Below are positions 17,001 through 30,235 of a stretch of 64,000 nt of DNA, piece after piece; the stretch's first letter is position 1; each line of letters starts with the position of its first letter. The stretch is from the human T2T-CHM13v2.0 reference genome, Homo sapiens. The stretch lies in the NCBI RefSeq assembly GCF_009914755.1, contig NC_060947.1, one strand, 5' to 3'. The position numbers and the translations under genes were made by a program. The notes beneath the pieces are model-generated. The model worked only from the letters and a program-made list of their open reading frames with translations, was not told the DNA's origin and made no database searches.

Positions 17001-17299
17001 ATAATCAAATGAATAAAGATTTGCAGCCATTATTCTCAATATCCCAATGGCAGCTATAACTCCCAAAATTAAAAACTTTTTTGTTTGGCAATTGGAAGCT
17101 TATGCTTATATAAAAGGTGCATTAAATGATTGTTTTCAAGTATGCAAAATATAATAATAACACATTGTGTCACATTTTTCAGGTTCAGTTTTGAAAAATG
17201 AAAGAATAATATGCTAAAATACTTATTTCAGAGAGGCAATTTCAGATTCACATGTAGTTTTAAGAAATTATGTAGAAAAGTGACATTAGCAAGATATTA

Positions 17300-19257
17300 G
17301 ACTAAAAAACTTCAGGCAAATGTTTTCACATGAAAATACAAAATGAGCAAAGAAGTAAACATAACAGGATACCTAGATACTAAAATAAGTTTACAGGAGT
17401 TCTTGAAAACATTCAAAGGTCTATAGCAACCAATAAAACGCCCTATCATAAAAATCAACATTGAAAATTACAGAAAGTGTTCTGAAATTACTCAGATTTA
17501 CCTCAACTTCTTTTCCAGTGAAGTTCAACAAGGTCTGAAGAAGTCAGCATTTCAGTTCTCAATTATCTTCTTTAAATTAGCAGGAGCAAAATAGATTATA
17601 TTTGTAATTGTATAACTTTTCAGGGGACTTTATGAGCAATGGGTTTCATGATTAAGAGTTTATGAAGGGAAAAGCAACATAGTTCACGTCTCAGGCTAGC
17701 AAATGCTATATAATAGGAAGGCACTACTCGTGAAAGTTGGACAGAGATTATAGACTGGCATTCACCTAAGGGCAAGAGATCTGATGCGTCCAAATTCAAC
17801 AGAACATCAAATCCCTGACAGGAAGGTGGAGTAAGATATTTTTATAAATTAAAAAAATTAAAAACAGCCAGGTGTATGAAAGAATCAAAACAAGCACACA
17901 CACAGGCCCAGACAAGATGTGTGCCAAAAAAATGTGTAATAGTCTTAAGCATCCAACCAGGCATTCCAAGATCAAAACATGTTCTACTAATTAGTGAATG
18001 TATTTCACAATGCATTGTTACCCTTCAAAGACTGGGAAATGTAGCTGCTTTGTTAAATGTTTAATTTCCAACAAAGCATCATGAGCTATTTAAACAAAAT
18101 AAAATTGCACACTCAAAGAAAGAAAATAAAGATGTCAAAACTAGCCCTAAAGAATCACAGGCACTAGACATATTGGAAAAAAAAAACTACAACAGCTTTT
18201 TTAAGCATTCTTAAAGAATAAAAGTAAAACATAGAATTAGAAATAAAGGAAATCAGGAAAATAATCCATGACTGAAATATAATGATATGGTTTGGCTGTG
18301 TTTCCATCTAAATCTCATCTTGAATTGTAGTCCTCATAATCCCCATGTATCGTGGGAGATACCAAGTGGGACTTAATTTAATAATGAGAACAGTTATCCT
18401 CCTGTTGCTCTCATGATAATGAGTAAGTTCTCATTAGATCTGATGGTTTTAAAGGGACTTTTTTCCCCTTTGGCTCTGCACTTCTCCTTGATGCCATCAT
18501 GTGAAAAGGACATGTTTGCTTCCCCTTCTGCCATAATTATAAGTTTCCTGAGACTTCCCCAGCCATGCTGAACTGTTAGCCAATTAAACCTCTTTATTTT
18601 ATAAATCACCCAGTCTCTAGTATGTCTTTATTAGCAGCATGAGAATGGACTAATACCAAGATATTAGCAGAAGGACAGAAATAATCAAAAGAACCAAAAC
18701 ATTTTGAAGGTGGGAAATACAAAAAAATAAAACATTGATAAAGTTATTTACCAGCAGGAGAAATAATAGGAAATGTTGAAGAGAGTGCATTTGAAGATAA
18801 TGAGTCTAAAGAGAAAAAAAAAAGTTAATAGAGCTTAAGAGGTTTATGGGGCACCATTATTGAGATCTGCTTACATATTATTAGGGTTCCAAAATAGAAG
18901 AAAGAGAGAAAGGCACAGAGAGATTATTGAAAACAAATAATGGGGAAAACTTTCCAAACTTAAGAAAACCATATGAAGCAAAAATGCAAGAAGGCAAAAA
19001 GCCTCAAATAGAATAATCCCAAAGATACCAAGAAAAAGGCACATTATACTCAAACTGCTGAAAGAAAAAGACAATATCTAAAAAACATCAAGAGAATAGC
19101 ATCTCATTATGTACAAAGAATACTAAGATTTTTAGAAAATATATCAGCAAAAACCTTGAAAGAAAAAAGACAATGGGATAAAATATTTAAAGAGCTGAGT
19201 GACAAGAAAAGTCAACCAGTATAATATAGCCACAGAACTGTCTTTCAAAAGTGATAG
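17300..19257 (+). mobile_element. L1MD-type (L1MDa-like) 5' UTR and ORF1, first part
   Basis: aaaacattcaaaggtctatagcaacc motif; decayed A-rich ORF1 ending ttcaaaagtgatagag, continued at ~28935. Confidence 0.65.
18283..18657 (+). mobile_element. THE1C/D MaLR solo LTR
   Basis: tgatatggtttggctgtg…gagaatggactaatac. Confidence 0.88.
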
Positions 19258-22039
19258 AGGGACAAAAACAAGGTGGTGGAATAGGAGATCCCAGGCTTCC
19301 CTCATAATAGAAAAATCAACTAGCAACTATTTACAGAGAAGAACACCTTGGGGAAAAAAATCTCCCAAAGGAGAAAATAAGTCTGAGTCACCTTCATGTT
19401 TTATAAATCTGAATAAAAATCTGCATTAAAAAGATAATAAAAGGTCTTGTTTTGACCACATCACCTCTCTCCCCACATGCAATTTATCACAGGGCTACAC
19501 AGAGATAATTCTCTAAAACCCATAATATCTGTATTTGGAAAACAGAGCCAAGAAGGTGCACATTCAGTTTCTTTAGAATTGTGAGACAATTTCCGGGGGA
19601 TCCTCTATATTCTCAATTCAACAGAATAAGAAGCAGCAGAAAATGAAATGGTTAGATCACCAGGGGTCAAGTAGAAACAAAGCAAGGAGGCTTAGCCCAA
19701 ATAAACCAGTGCACAGATTAGAGTGAAATCTCAATGTAATAAATAGCAGTGGTGCTTAACCGGAGGTGCAAACCAGCTAACAGCATAGCTCACCTGAAAA
19801 GAAATGGTCTCCTCTAGAAAAGGTGCAAAGTGCTACCTGACTTTGACTCCCTAGAAAGATAGCATTGAGGCCCAGCAACAGAACCAACACTACATCCCTG
19901 ACCAGGGAAGAATATTTTTATAATAAATTTTCAGAACAAGCAGGTACTAGTTCTGCCACATGCATGAGTTTAACAGCACTCCCTGTAGCCTCAAACCCCA
20001 ACCCTAGGTCCCTCTAAGAGAAAAAGGCAAATCTCAACTATACATTTTCTAGTCAGCATAACAGTTTATCTTCCCTGGTTCACATAAACTTGAGGCCCTG
20101 CCTACAACTCTGTCAAACTTCTGAAATCAAATACCGGTATCTTCTGATGAGAGAACACAGCCTGTGGCCTGCCATATCAAAGGCGATTCCGGTGCTCATA
20201 CAATGGCTGAGCCTAATAACAGAGCTCATCAGTGGTCTCACTAAATAGCATAGCCTAGCCAGCTGCACAACCCAAATTCAGAGCAAATGCAGCAGCTCAA
20301 CAATCTAAGGACCCAGAAAGCAAACTCTTTCTGCCCAGGGTTATTACCAGCTGGCCCATTCAGAATCATAGGCTTGACTGACTAGTGAAGGTTTATCCCT
20401 GACAAAGAACTCTTAAAAAACCCAAAAATCTCCATCCATGTGTGAAAACTAAGGTGAGAAAACAGTGATTACTAAGACTCAGTAAATTATGACATCTCCA
20501 TAACAAACTAACAAAGCTCTAACAATGGACCTTAAAGATAGGGACATCCAAAAAATGACAGAAAAGGAATTAAAAATAATCCATTTATAAAAGTTCAGTA
20601 AAGTTCAGAAATATTTGGATAAAAGATAACGTTTGGAAAATGATACATGAAAACACAAGTATTTAGGAAAGAAAGAGAAACAATTTAAATTGCAAATAGA
20701 AATCCTAGAGATTAAGAGTACAATAACCGAACTTAAAATGTGATCAAAAGCTGCAAGAACTGGCTCAATTCATCTGAAGAAAGGATCAGTGCACTTGAAG
20801 ATACACCATTTAAAATTATCTACTGAGAGGAACACATTTTTTTTAAATGAACAAAGCTTACAGAAATTGTGGGACACCATCAAGAGACCTTACCTACATC
20901 TAACAGGCATTTTAGAAGAAGAAAAAGAAAAGGGGCCAGAAAGCATATTTTTTAAAAGTAATTTAAAAAGTATTTTTAATATGAGAAAAGAAGCCAACAT
21001 CCAACAGGAAGCACAAAGATCTCCAATTAAATTCAACCCAAAGAGTTTACCAATACATAATACAATCATCAAGCTATCAAAAGCAAAGATATTGCGACAG
21101 CATCTTATATCTTGGTAAGAACTATATCAGATACCAAGGCTTTTTAATATGACTATGAGTGAACTTAGCATAAACCCTGAATTCCGAGAGAAAGATGATA
21201 TGTTGAAAGTGGGGAAGAGAAAAAAAGAAACTTCCAGCCAACTATACACAGCAAAGTCTTCTTTCAGAAATGAGAGAGAAATAAAACTTTCCCATAGATA
21301 TAAATGTTAATCGAGTTTATCACCACTGTGCCTGCCATACAGAAATTGCTAAAAGAGTTTTTAAAACTGAAATACAATCCTGTTAGTGAAAAAAAAATGA
21401 AACTTATGAAACACAAAACCTAGTGCCACACGTAGTATACAGCAATATTCAGAATATTCTAAGACTGTAATGGTGGTGAATAAAGTAATTTTATTTCCAG
21501 TATGAGAGTTAAAAGACAAAGTTATTAATAACAACTACAGCTAAAATAATTGTCAAGGAAAACGTATCACAAAATGATGTAAATTCAGACATCAAAAACA
21601 TAAAATGTGGGAGAAAAAGTGTAGGGTTGCATTGTACTTAATCAAAGGTAAACACTTATCAGCTTGAAACACTTGAAACAGACTATTACAAGTGTAAGAT
21701 ATTCTATGTAGTCCTAATGGTAATCAAACAGCAAAAATTTATGGAAGGCACACACACAATATTAAATACTTCAAAAACTACCACTATAGATAACCACCTA
21801 TCTAAAGGCATCTCTTCCTTTAATTTGGTTTTTGAAAGCACAAACAAAACCGACAAACCTTTAGATATACTAATCAAGCAAAAAGACTCATATAAATAAA
21901 TAACAAAATTAAAAGGTGACATTACAACTGACCCCACAGTAACAAAAACAAACAAAAGAGAAGATTATGAGCGACTATATGCCAAATATTGAGCAACCTA
22001 GAAAGAAAATGGATAAATACCTGGACACATAAAACCTAT

Positions 22040-22698
22040 TGATATGGTTTGGCTTTCTATCCTCACTCAAATCGCACCTTGAATTGTGATAACCCCACAT
22101 GGCAAGGGCAGGACCAGGTGGAAGTAATTGGATCATGGGGAGAGTTTTCCCCCTGCTGTTCTCATAATAATGGGTGAGTCTCACAAGATCCGATGGTTTT
22201 AAAAGTGCCTGGTATTTCCCCTCCTGTCACTCATTCTCTCTCCTGCCCTGTGAAGAGGTGTGTTCTGCCATGATTGTAAGTTTCCTGAGGACTCCAGAGC
22301 CCTGTGGAACTGTGAATCAAATAAACCTCTTCTTTTTATAAATTACCCAGTCTGAGCTGGGTGCAGTGGCTCACCCCTGTAATCCCAGTACTTTGGGAGG
22401 CCAAGGTGGGCAGATCACTTGAGCTCAGGAGTTTGAGACCAGCCTGGGCAACATGGAGAGACCCAATCTCCACAAAAATACAAAAATTAGCCAGGCATGG
22501 TAGTGTGCACCTATAATCCAAGCTATTCTGAAGGTTGAGGCAGGAGAATAGCTTGAACCTGAGAGGTGGGGGTTGCAGTGAGCCGAGATTGTGCCACTGC
22601 ACTCCAGCCTGGGCGACAAAGCAAGTCTCTCTCTCTCAAAAGAAAATTATCCAGTTTTGGGTATCTTTTTCATAGCAGCATGAGAACAGACTAATATA
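22040..22698 (+). mobile_element. THE1D solo LTR split by an Alu
   Basis: tgatatggtttggc…agactaatata; perfect TSD cctat at 22035-22039 and 22699-22703. Confidence 0.9.
22354..22643 (+). mobile_element. Alu (AluJb/AluSz-like)
   Basis: Dimeric Alu with TSD aaattacccagt / aaattatccagt. Confidence 0.93.
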
Positions 22699-24707
22699 CC
22701 TATTCAGACTAAATAATGAAGAAATAAAATCTGAACAACCCAATAATTATGGAAGAGAATGAATTATTATACAACATCTTTCACCAACTAAAAGCTTTCT
22801 GCTTTTAGTTTCTGTTTTCAAAAGAAATTGAAGAGGAGAAAATACTTTTTAAAATTATTTTTATGAGACAAGGATTACCCTCATACCAAAGCCAGACAAG
22901 GACATTACAAAAAGACAAAATTATAGGTCAGTACCATTGATTAGCATAGATGCAAACATACCCAAGAAAATACTAGCAAACTGAATTCTACAACGTATTA
23001 AAAGAATCATATAACAAGGTCCTGTGGAATTTATCTCCATGATGCAAGGATGATTAACATTAGCAAATACATATACAAAATATGTCATATTAACAGAATA
23101 AAGAAGTAAATTTTTATGGCCATCTCATTAGATGCAAAAAAGCATTTTACAACATTGAGCATTCTTTTATAATAAAAACATTAAAAAATTAGAGAAGAAA
23201 TGTATTTCAACAAACTAAAGGTGATATATAATAAGCCCATAGCTAGCATTATATTTAATAGTGAAAATTAAAACCCTTTGCTATATGATTCATAATGAGA
23301 CAAAGATGCTCACTCTTTCCACTTCTATTAAACATCATTTTGTAAGTACTTGCCACAACAATAAAGCAAAAGAAAGAAATAAAGTGCATTTAAATAGTAA
23401 AGGTAGTAGTGAAACTGTCACTGTTTGCTGACAACATAAATATATAAATATCCTGAATAATCCACCAAAAAAGTTTAAATTAATAAATTTTGTACAGTTG
23501 CAAGATACAATATCAGCATGCAAAAATCAAAGGCATGTTTCTACACTAACAACAAACTTTCCAAAAAAAAAAATCAAGGGAAAATGTTATTTACAATAGC
23601 TACAATAAATGAAAGAATATACTTAAGAATAACTTTAACCAAGGAGTAGAAAGACTGGCATGACAAAAATTATGAAACATTAATAAAACAATTTGAAGAA
23701 GACAAATAAATTTACAAATCTTTGTTCAAAAATTGGAAGGCTTAATATTGTTATAATTTCCATACTGCCAAAAGCAATTTCCAATGTCAGTTTTAAAGAT
23801 ACAGAAAAAATAATTCTAAAAACATGGGTAACTACAAAAGAAAAGCCAAATAACCAACGCAATAATGAGCAAAAAGAGCAAAGCTGATGGCATCATGCTA
23901 CCTGATTTTAAATTATACTACAAAGCAATGGTAATTAAAACAGCATAATACTCACATTAAAAAAAACAGGAACATTTAAAAATTGAACAGAATAAAGAAC
24001 ACAGATATTAACCCACACATGTAACATCAATTTATTTTTTATAAAAGATTTCAAGAATATCTTGTGGAAAAAGTACAGTTTGTTCAATAAATGATGATGT
24101 GAAAACTGAATTTTCATGCAAAATAATAAAATTGATCCTTTATCTCACACCACATACAAAAAATAACTCAAAATAGATTAAAAACTTAAACAAAAATCCT
24201 GAATTCATAAAAGTACTAGAAGAAAATATATGGACCAAAGTACACAACACTGCTCTGGGCATTAAAAAAAAAAAAAAAAGACCTCCAAAGCAGAGGGAAA
24301 AAAACTAAAGTGGACAAAGGGGATTACATCAAAATAAAAAGCTTCTTTACAAAAAAATAAATACTCAACAAAGTAAAGAATCAGCCTACAGGCTTAGGTA
24401 ATATATTTGTAAACTAAACATTTGATAAGTGATTAATATTTAAAATTTACAAAAACTCAAGCAACTCTGTAGAAAGAAAATAAACACTCTGATAAGACAT
24501 GGGCAAAGGACCTGAACAGACATTTCTCAAAAGAAGACATATGAGCAGCTAACAGATACATTAAAACTGCTAAATACTATTAATCATTAGGAAGATACAA
24601 ATTAAAAATCACAATAGATAATCAATTCACATCTGTTAGAATGACTATTGTCTTATAAAATTAACAAGTGTTGGTGAGGATGTGAAGAGTAGAGAAACTT
24701 TGTAAAC

Positions 24708-24709
<2 letters not shown>

Positions 24710-24751
<42 letters not shown>
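24710..24751. repeat. (TG)21 microsatellite
   Basis: Perfect dinucleotide run. Confidence 0.97.
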
Positions 24752-24755
<4 letters not shown>

Positions 24756-25410
24756 TAAATTAATAATCATTTTTGCAAACAGTATTGAAGTTACAAAAAA
24801 AACCTAAAAATTGAGTTATCATATCATCTAGCTATCCCACTTCTGGATATTTACCCAGAAGATTTGAAATCAGAATGTGAGAGAGATGGGCACTTTCCCA
24901 TTTTTGTTGCAGCACTATTTATGAAATTAACCTAAGCATTCATCAAGAGATAATTACATAAAGAATATGTGGTATATATACACAATAAAATAGTATTCAG
25001 CCTTGAAGAAAATAATACTTTCTATAATTTTATCCAAAGTGGATTAAATTGGAGAATATTATGTTAAGGGAAATAAGCCAAACACAGAAAGACAAATACT
25101 CCATGTACTCACATATATGTATAATTTTAAACAATTGAATAAATAAAAGCAGAGCATAGAAGAATAGTTACCAGAGGCTTGTAGGTTTGAGCGAGGTGAT
25201 AATCAAAGGGTGGAAAGCCTCAATTAGATAGAAGTATGTTTAATGTTTTCAACATGGTGAAAATAGCTAAGAATTTTATACTGTACATTTTAATACAACC
25301 GAAAGTAAATCTCAAATGTTTTCATCACAAAAATGTCAAATATTTGAGGTAATGAATAGTCTAGTTCACTTGATTTAATTATTTGACATTGTATTAAGAA
25401 ATATAAAATT

Positions 25411-25715
<305 letters not shown>

Positions 25716-25717
25716 TC

Positions 25718-28700
25718 AAGGAGCAGGCGGGCAGCCAAGATGGCCGAATAGAAACAGCTCTTCTCTGTGGCTTCTGCCGAGAAGGATGAAAACAGCAAGT
25801 GAATCCTGCATCTTCAATTGAGGTACCAGTGTTCTCTCATTTGAACTAAGTGGTTGGTGCAACCTACAGAGAGCAAGGGAAAGCTTGGTGAAGGGAGGGC
25901 CCACCCGGGAGCTGCATTAGGCAAAGATAACTCCCTCTCCCAGCCAAGGGAGGCAGTGAGGAATTGTGGTACCCCTATCTGAAAATCATGCTTTTCCCAT
26001 GGATCTTTGCAACCCAAGGATCAGGAGGTCCCCTGTGAACCCAAGCCACCAGGGCCTTGGGTACCAAGTACAGAGCTATGGAAACTCGCGGCAGCTGCTC
26101 AGGTGAGCATCCGGTCGAACAGGCACTGAAACACAGGAGAATTCACATGCTCCAGCTCTGGAAACTCCCATGAGGTGGAAGATCCATCCACTCCCATGGG
26201 AAGGGGGCTGAAACCAGAGTCAAGTGGCCTTATTCCCAAAGAATTTCACAAGCTAAAACCCACTGGCTTGAAATCGTTGCTGGCCAGCACAGCAGGCTGG
26301 AGACTGCCTAAGAGATGAACTTCCCAGGATGGAGGGGCGGCCACCATCACTGCAGCTCCAGTCGGCCATTTTCCTCTGCTGCCAGTGTCAGTTAGACTGG
26401 GTGGTAAGGACCAGAAGTGATTCCCCACAGTGCAGCACAGCGACTGGGTAAAATCGTGGCCAGACTGCTTTTTTTAAGCGAGACCCCAGTACACTCCTCC
26501 TCACTGGATGGGGCCTCCCTGTGGGAATTTCAGCATCCCCAGCCAGGTGTTTTTGGACAGAACTCTGATATCCCTGAGAGGGGCCCCTAGGAGGAGGGTT
26601 AGCAGCAGTATCATCTGTCAGTAGTCTTAGTTTTTTCTGCCTGCTGGCTCTGGAGTGTCAGGACAGCCTTGTTGAGGGGGGATTCCCCCTAGTGCATCAC
26701 ACCTGCTCTGCCAATGGGCAGCCAGACAGCTTATTTAAGCAGGTCCCTGATCCCTCTCCACCTGACTGGGTGAGACCTTACAACAGGAGTCTCCAGACAC
26801 CTCATGCAGGAGTGTTTCTGCTGGCATCAGGTTGGTGCCCTTCTAGGACAGAGTTCCTAGAGGAAAAAGCAGGCTGTCATTTTTGCTGGTCTGCAGCCTC
26901 CTCTGGTGATACCTCCAGGGGTGGGAGGGACACAGGCAAATAGGGTCTGTAGTGGACCCCCAGCAATCTGCAGCAGCCTTATGGAAAAGGGGCCTGACTG
27001 TTAAGATAAAAACAAAGGGAAAACAACAACATCAATGAAAAAGACCCCACAAAACCCCATTTAAAGGTCAGCAGCCTCAAAGATCAAGTGTAGATAAACC
27101 TATGAAGATGAGAAAAAATCAACACAAAAGTGCTGAAAACTCAAAGAGCCAGAGTGCCTCTTCTTCTCCAAATGATAGCAACATGTCTCCAGCAAGGGCA
27201 TAGAACTGAGCTGAGGATGAGACGGATGAATTGATTTCTTAAGTAGGGTTCAGAAGGTGGATAATAACAAACTTCACTGAGCTAAAGCATTATTTTCTAA
27301 TTCATTGTAAAGAAGCTAAGAACCATGATAAAACATTACAGGAGGTGTTAACCAGAATAACCAGTTTAGAGAAGAACAAAAATGAACTGATGTAGCTGAA
27401 AAGCACTTTACAATGCAAACACAAGTATCAGTAGCTGAATAGTCCAAGTGGAAGAAAGGATATCAGAACTTGCAAAGCAGGCCTGGTGATGATAAATTTC
27501 TTAAACATTTTTTTATCTGAAAAAGATTTTATTTCTCCTTTGCTTACGAAGCTTAGTTTGGCCAGATATGAAATTCTAGGTTAGAAATTCTTTAAGAATA
27601 TTGAATATTGGCCTCCCATTTCTTCTGGCTTGTAGGGTTTCTGCTGAGAAGTCTGCTGTTAGTCTGATGGGCTTCCCTTTATAGGTGACTTGGCCTTTCT
27701 CTCTGGCTTCCCTTAACATTTTTTCCTTTATTACAATTTTGGAGAATCTGATGATTATGTGTCTTGGGGTTAATCTTTGCATGGAATATCTTACTGGAGT
27801 TGTCTGGAGTTCCTGAATTTTAATGTTGGCCTGTTTTGTGAGGTTGGGGAATGATACGGTTTGACTGTGGCCCCACCCAAATCTCAACTTGAATTGTATC
27901 TCCCAGAATTCTCACCTGTTGTGGCAGAGACCCGGGGGGGTGGTAATTGAATCATGGGGCTGGTCTTTCCTGTGCTATTCTAGTGATAGTTAATAAGTCT
28001 CACGAGATCTGATGGGTTTATCAGGGGTTTCTACTTTTGCTTCTTCCTCATTTTTCTCTTGCTGTCACAATGTAAGAAGTGTCCTTTGCCTCCCGCCATG
28101 ATTTGGATGTCTCCCCAGCTATGTGGAACTGTAAGTCTAATTAAACCTCTTTTGTTTTCAGTTTTGGGGATTTCTTTATCAGAAGCATGAAAAAGAACTA
28201 ATACAGTGATTTGGTACCAGTAGAGTGGGGTTACCAGCTACTACAAAACACAATGAAGTACACAGATCAGTGACACTATGAAGCAACTACATTAATAAGT
28301 CTGTAAAATAACCAACTAGTATCATGATGACAGGATCAAACTCACATATAACTATATTAACCTTAAATGTAACTGGGCTAAATGCCCCAATTAAAAGATA
28401 CAGAATGGAAAGCTGGATAAAGATTCAAGATCAACCAGTGTGCTTTATTAAAGACACCCATCTCACATGGAAAGACACACATAGACTCAAAACAAAAGAA
28501 TGGAGGAAAATGAAGAAAAATGAAAAACAGAAAAAAGCAGGGGTTGCAATTCTAGTTTCTGACAAAACAGACTTTAAACCAAAAGAATGGCATTACATAA
28601 TGGTAAAGGGGTCAATTCAACAAGAAGAGTAACTATCCTTAATATATATGCACCCAATACAGGAGCATCCAGATTCATAAAACAAGTTCTTAGAGACCTA

Positions 28701-28860
28701 CAAGGAGACTTAGATGTCCACACAATAATAGTGAGAGATTTCAATACCACACTGTCAGTATTATATAATTGAGACAGAAAATTAACACAGACAATTCAGG
28801 ACTTGAACTCAACTCTGTATCAAGTGGGCCTGATAGATATCTACAGAATGCTTTACTCCC
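25718..28860 (+). mobile_element. L1PA10-13-like 5' half (5' UTR, ORF1, start of ORF2), 3'-truncated and internally rearranged
   Basis: gccaagatggccgaatag start; ORF2 start MMTGSNSHITILTLNV at 28324; ends within the EN domain; segment ~27472-27850 inverted. Confidence 0.85.
27851..28230 (+). mobile_element. THE1A LTR plus ~25 bp of internal sequence
   Basis: THE1A-type gggtttatcaggggtttctacttttgcttcttcctc; LTR ends aactaataca at ~28205, followed by gtgatttggtaccagtagagtgggg. Confidence 0.85.
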
Positions 28861-28934
28861 AAAATCATAAAATCTCTTTGTACTTCATAAATATATACAA
28901 CTGCAATTTGTCAATATATAATAAAAAATTTAAA

Positions 28935-29810
28935 AGAAGGATCAATTAAGACATTCCTAGATAAAAGCTGAGTGAGCTAATTGCCATTAGACATGCCCTA
29001 TGAGAAATGCTAAAACAATTCCTTCAAGTTAAAATCCAAAAATACTAAAGAGTAACCTAAAGTCATCAAAAATATAAAATTATCTGGTGTCAGCAATTAC
29101 AAAAAGAAATATAGAAATATTTATAATTGTAATTTTGAGTTGTAACTCTACTGTTTATTTATTTATAACATAGAACAGGAGTCCTACACATTGAAATGAA
29201 AGAACCTCATAGAGAAACTCATAGCCTATGGAAATATAAAGATATCTGGTAAAGGTAATACATGAACAAATGTAAAACTACTAGTTTAGTAATTTGGGTT
29301 TCTCCCTTTACTTCTCTCATATATAGTACTTAAAAGACAAATTTATAAAATAATTATAAATCTAGTTTAATGAGCATACAATGTATAAAAAATGTACTTT
29401 GTTATATTGAAAACATAGAGTGGGAGGGTGGAACTGTAAAAAACTAAAGATTCTGTAGGTGGTTGAAGTTATGTTGGTACCAATTTAAAGTAGTTACAAT
29501 TTTAGGATATTGTATACAGTATCCATGGTAACCACAAAGAAATTACCTATAGAATATATGCAAAATAAAATAAGGTCATTTAAATGTTTCAATAAAATAT
29601 CAACCAAAAAAAAGAAAGACTTTGATGGAGTAAATAAGGTACAATAAACACAATAAACTGTATGGAAAATTAATAACAAAATGGCAAAATTAGATTCTTT
29701 ATATTACTAGTTACTTTCAATGTAAATAGATTAAACCACAATTAAAAACATGGATTGGTAGAATAAATTTTAAAAATTATTCAACTGTATTCTGTTTACA
29801 AAAATAATTC
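28935..29810 (+). mobile_element. L1MD-type element, continuation (ORF1 end, spacer, ORF2 start)
   Basis: aattaagacattcctagataaaa continues the ORF1 text broken at 19257; caatgtaaatagattaaac is an ORF2 start motif. Confidence 0.65.
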
Positions 29811-30235
29811 TGACAAAAACTCTATCATTTACCAAGCTATATTCAGGCTCATCTTGTTTTTGTTGTTGTTGTTGTTGTCTTTGACTAGTTTTCATTCATA
29901 TTCTGCTTTTAGTAAGAATCCTAAGTCTATTTAGCAAGAATCCCCCCATCCTTAAAATATGTTAAAGTTGCTCATCCCCACCCTTGATATCTAAGCCCTA
30001 GGCCTGCCTTTAGCAAGAATGCTGTTACATTTAGCAGTAATCCTTTTACCATTCATATCTAATTAAGTTGCTCTAAGGAAATTTCCATCCACCTTTCTCT
30101 GTAATCATTGGCTACAAATCCCTAGTTGTCTTTGCTTTATTCAGAGTTGAGTTCAATCTATCTTCCCTATTTCAATAATCTTGAATTAAGTTTTTCTTCC
30201 CATTATTGACAAGCATCCAGTGAATACTTTTTACA
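29811..30235 (+). mobile_element. MER31/MER67-family ERV1 5' LTR
   Basis: tgacaaa…ca termini, repeated ttagcaagaatcc / cccttgatatct motifs, followed by PBS-like tttctggtg. Confidence 0.7.
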
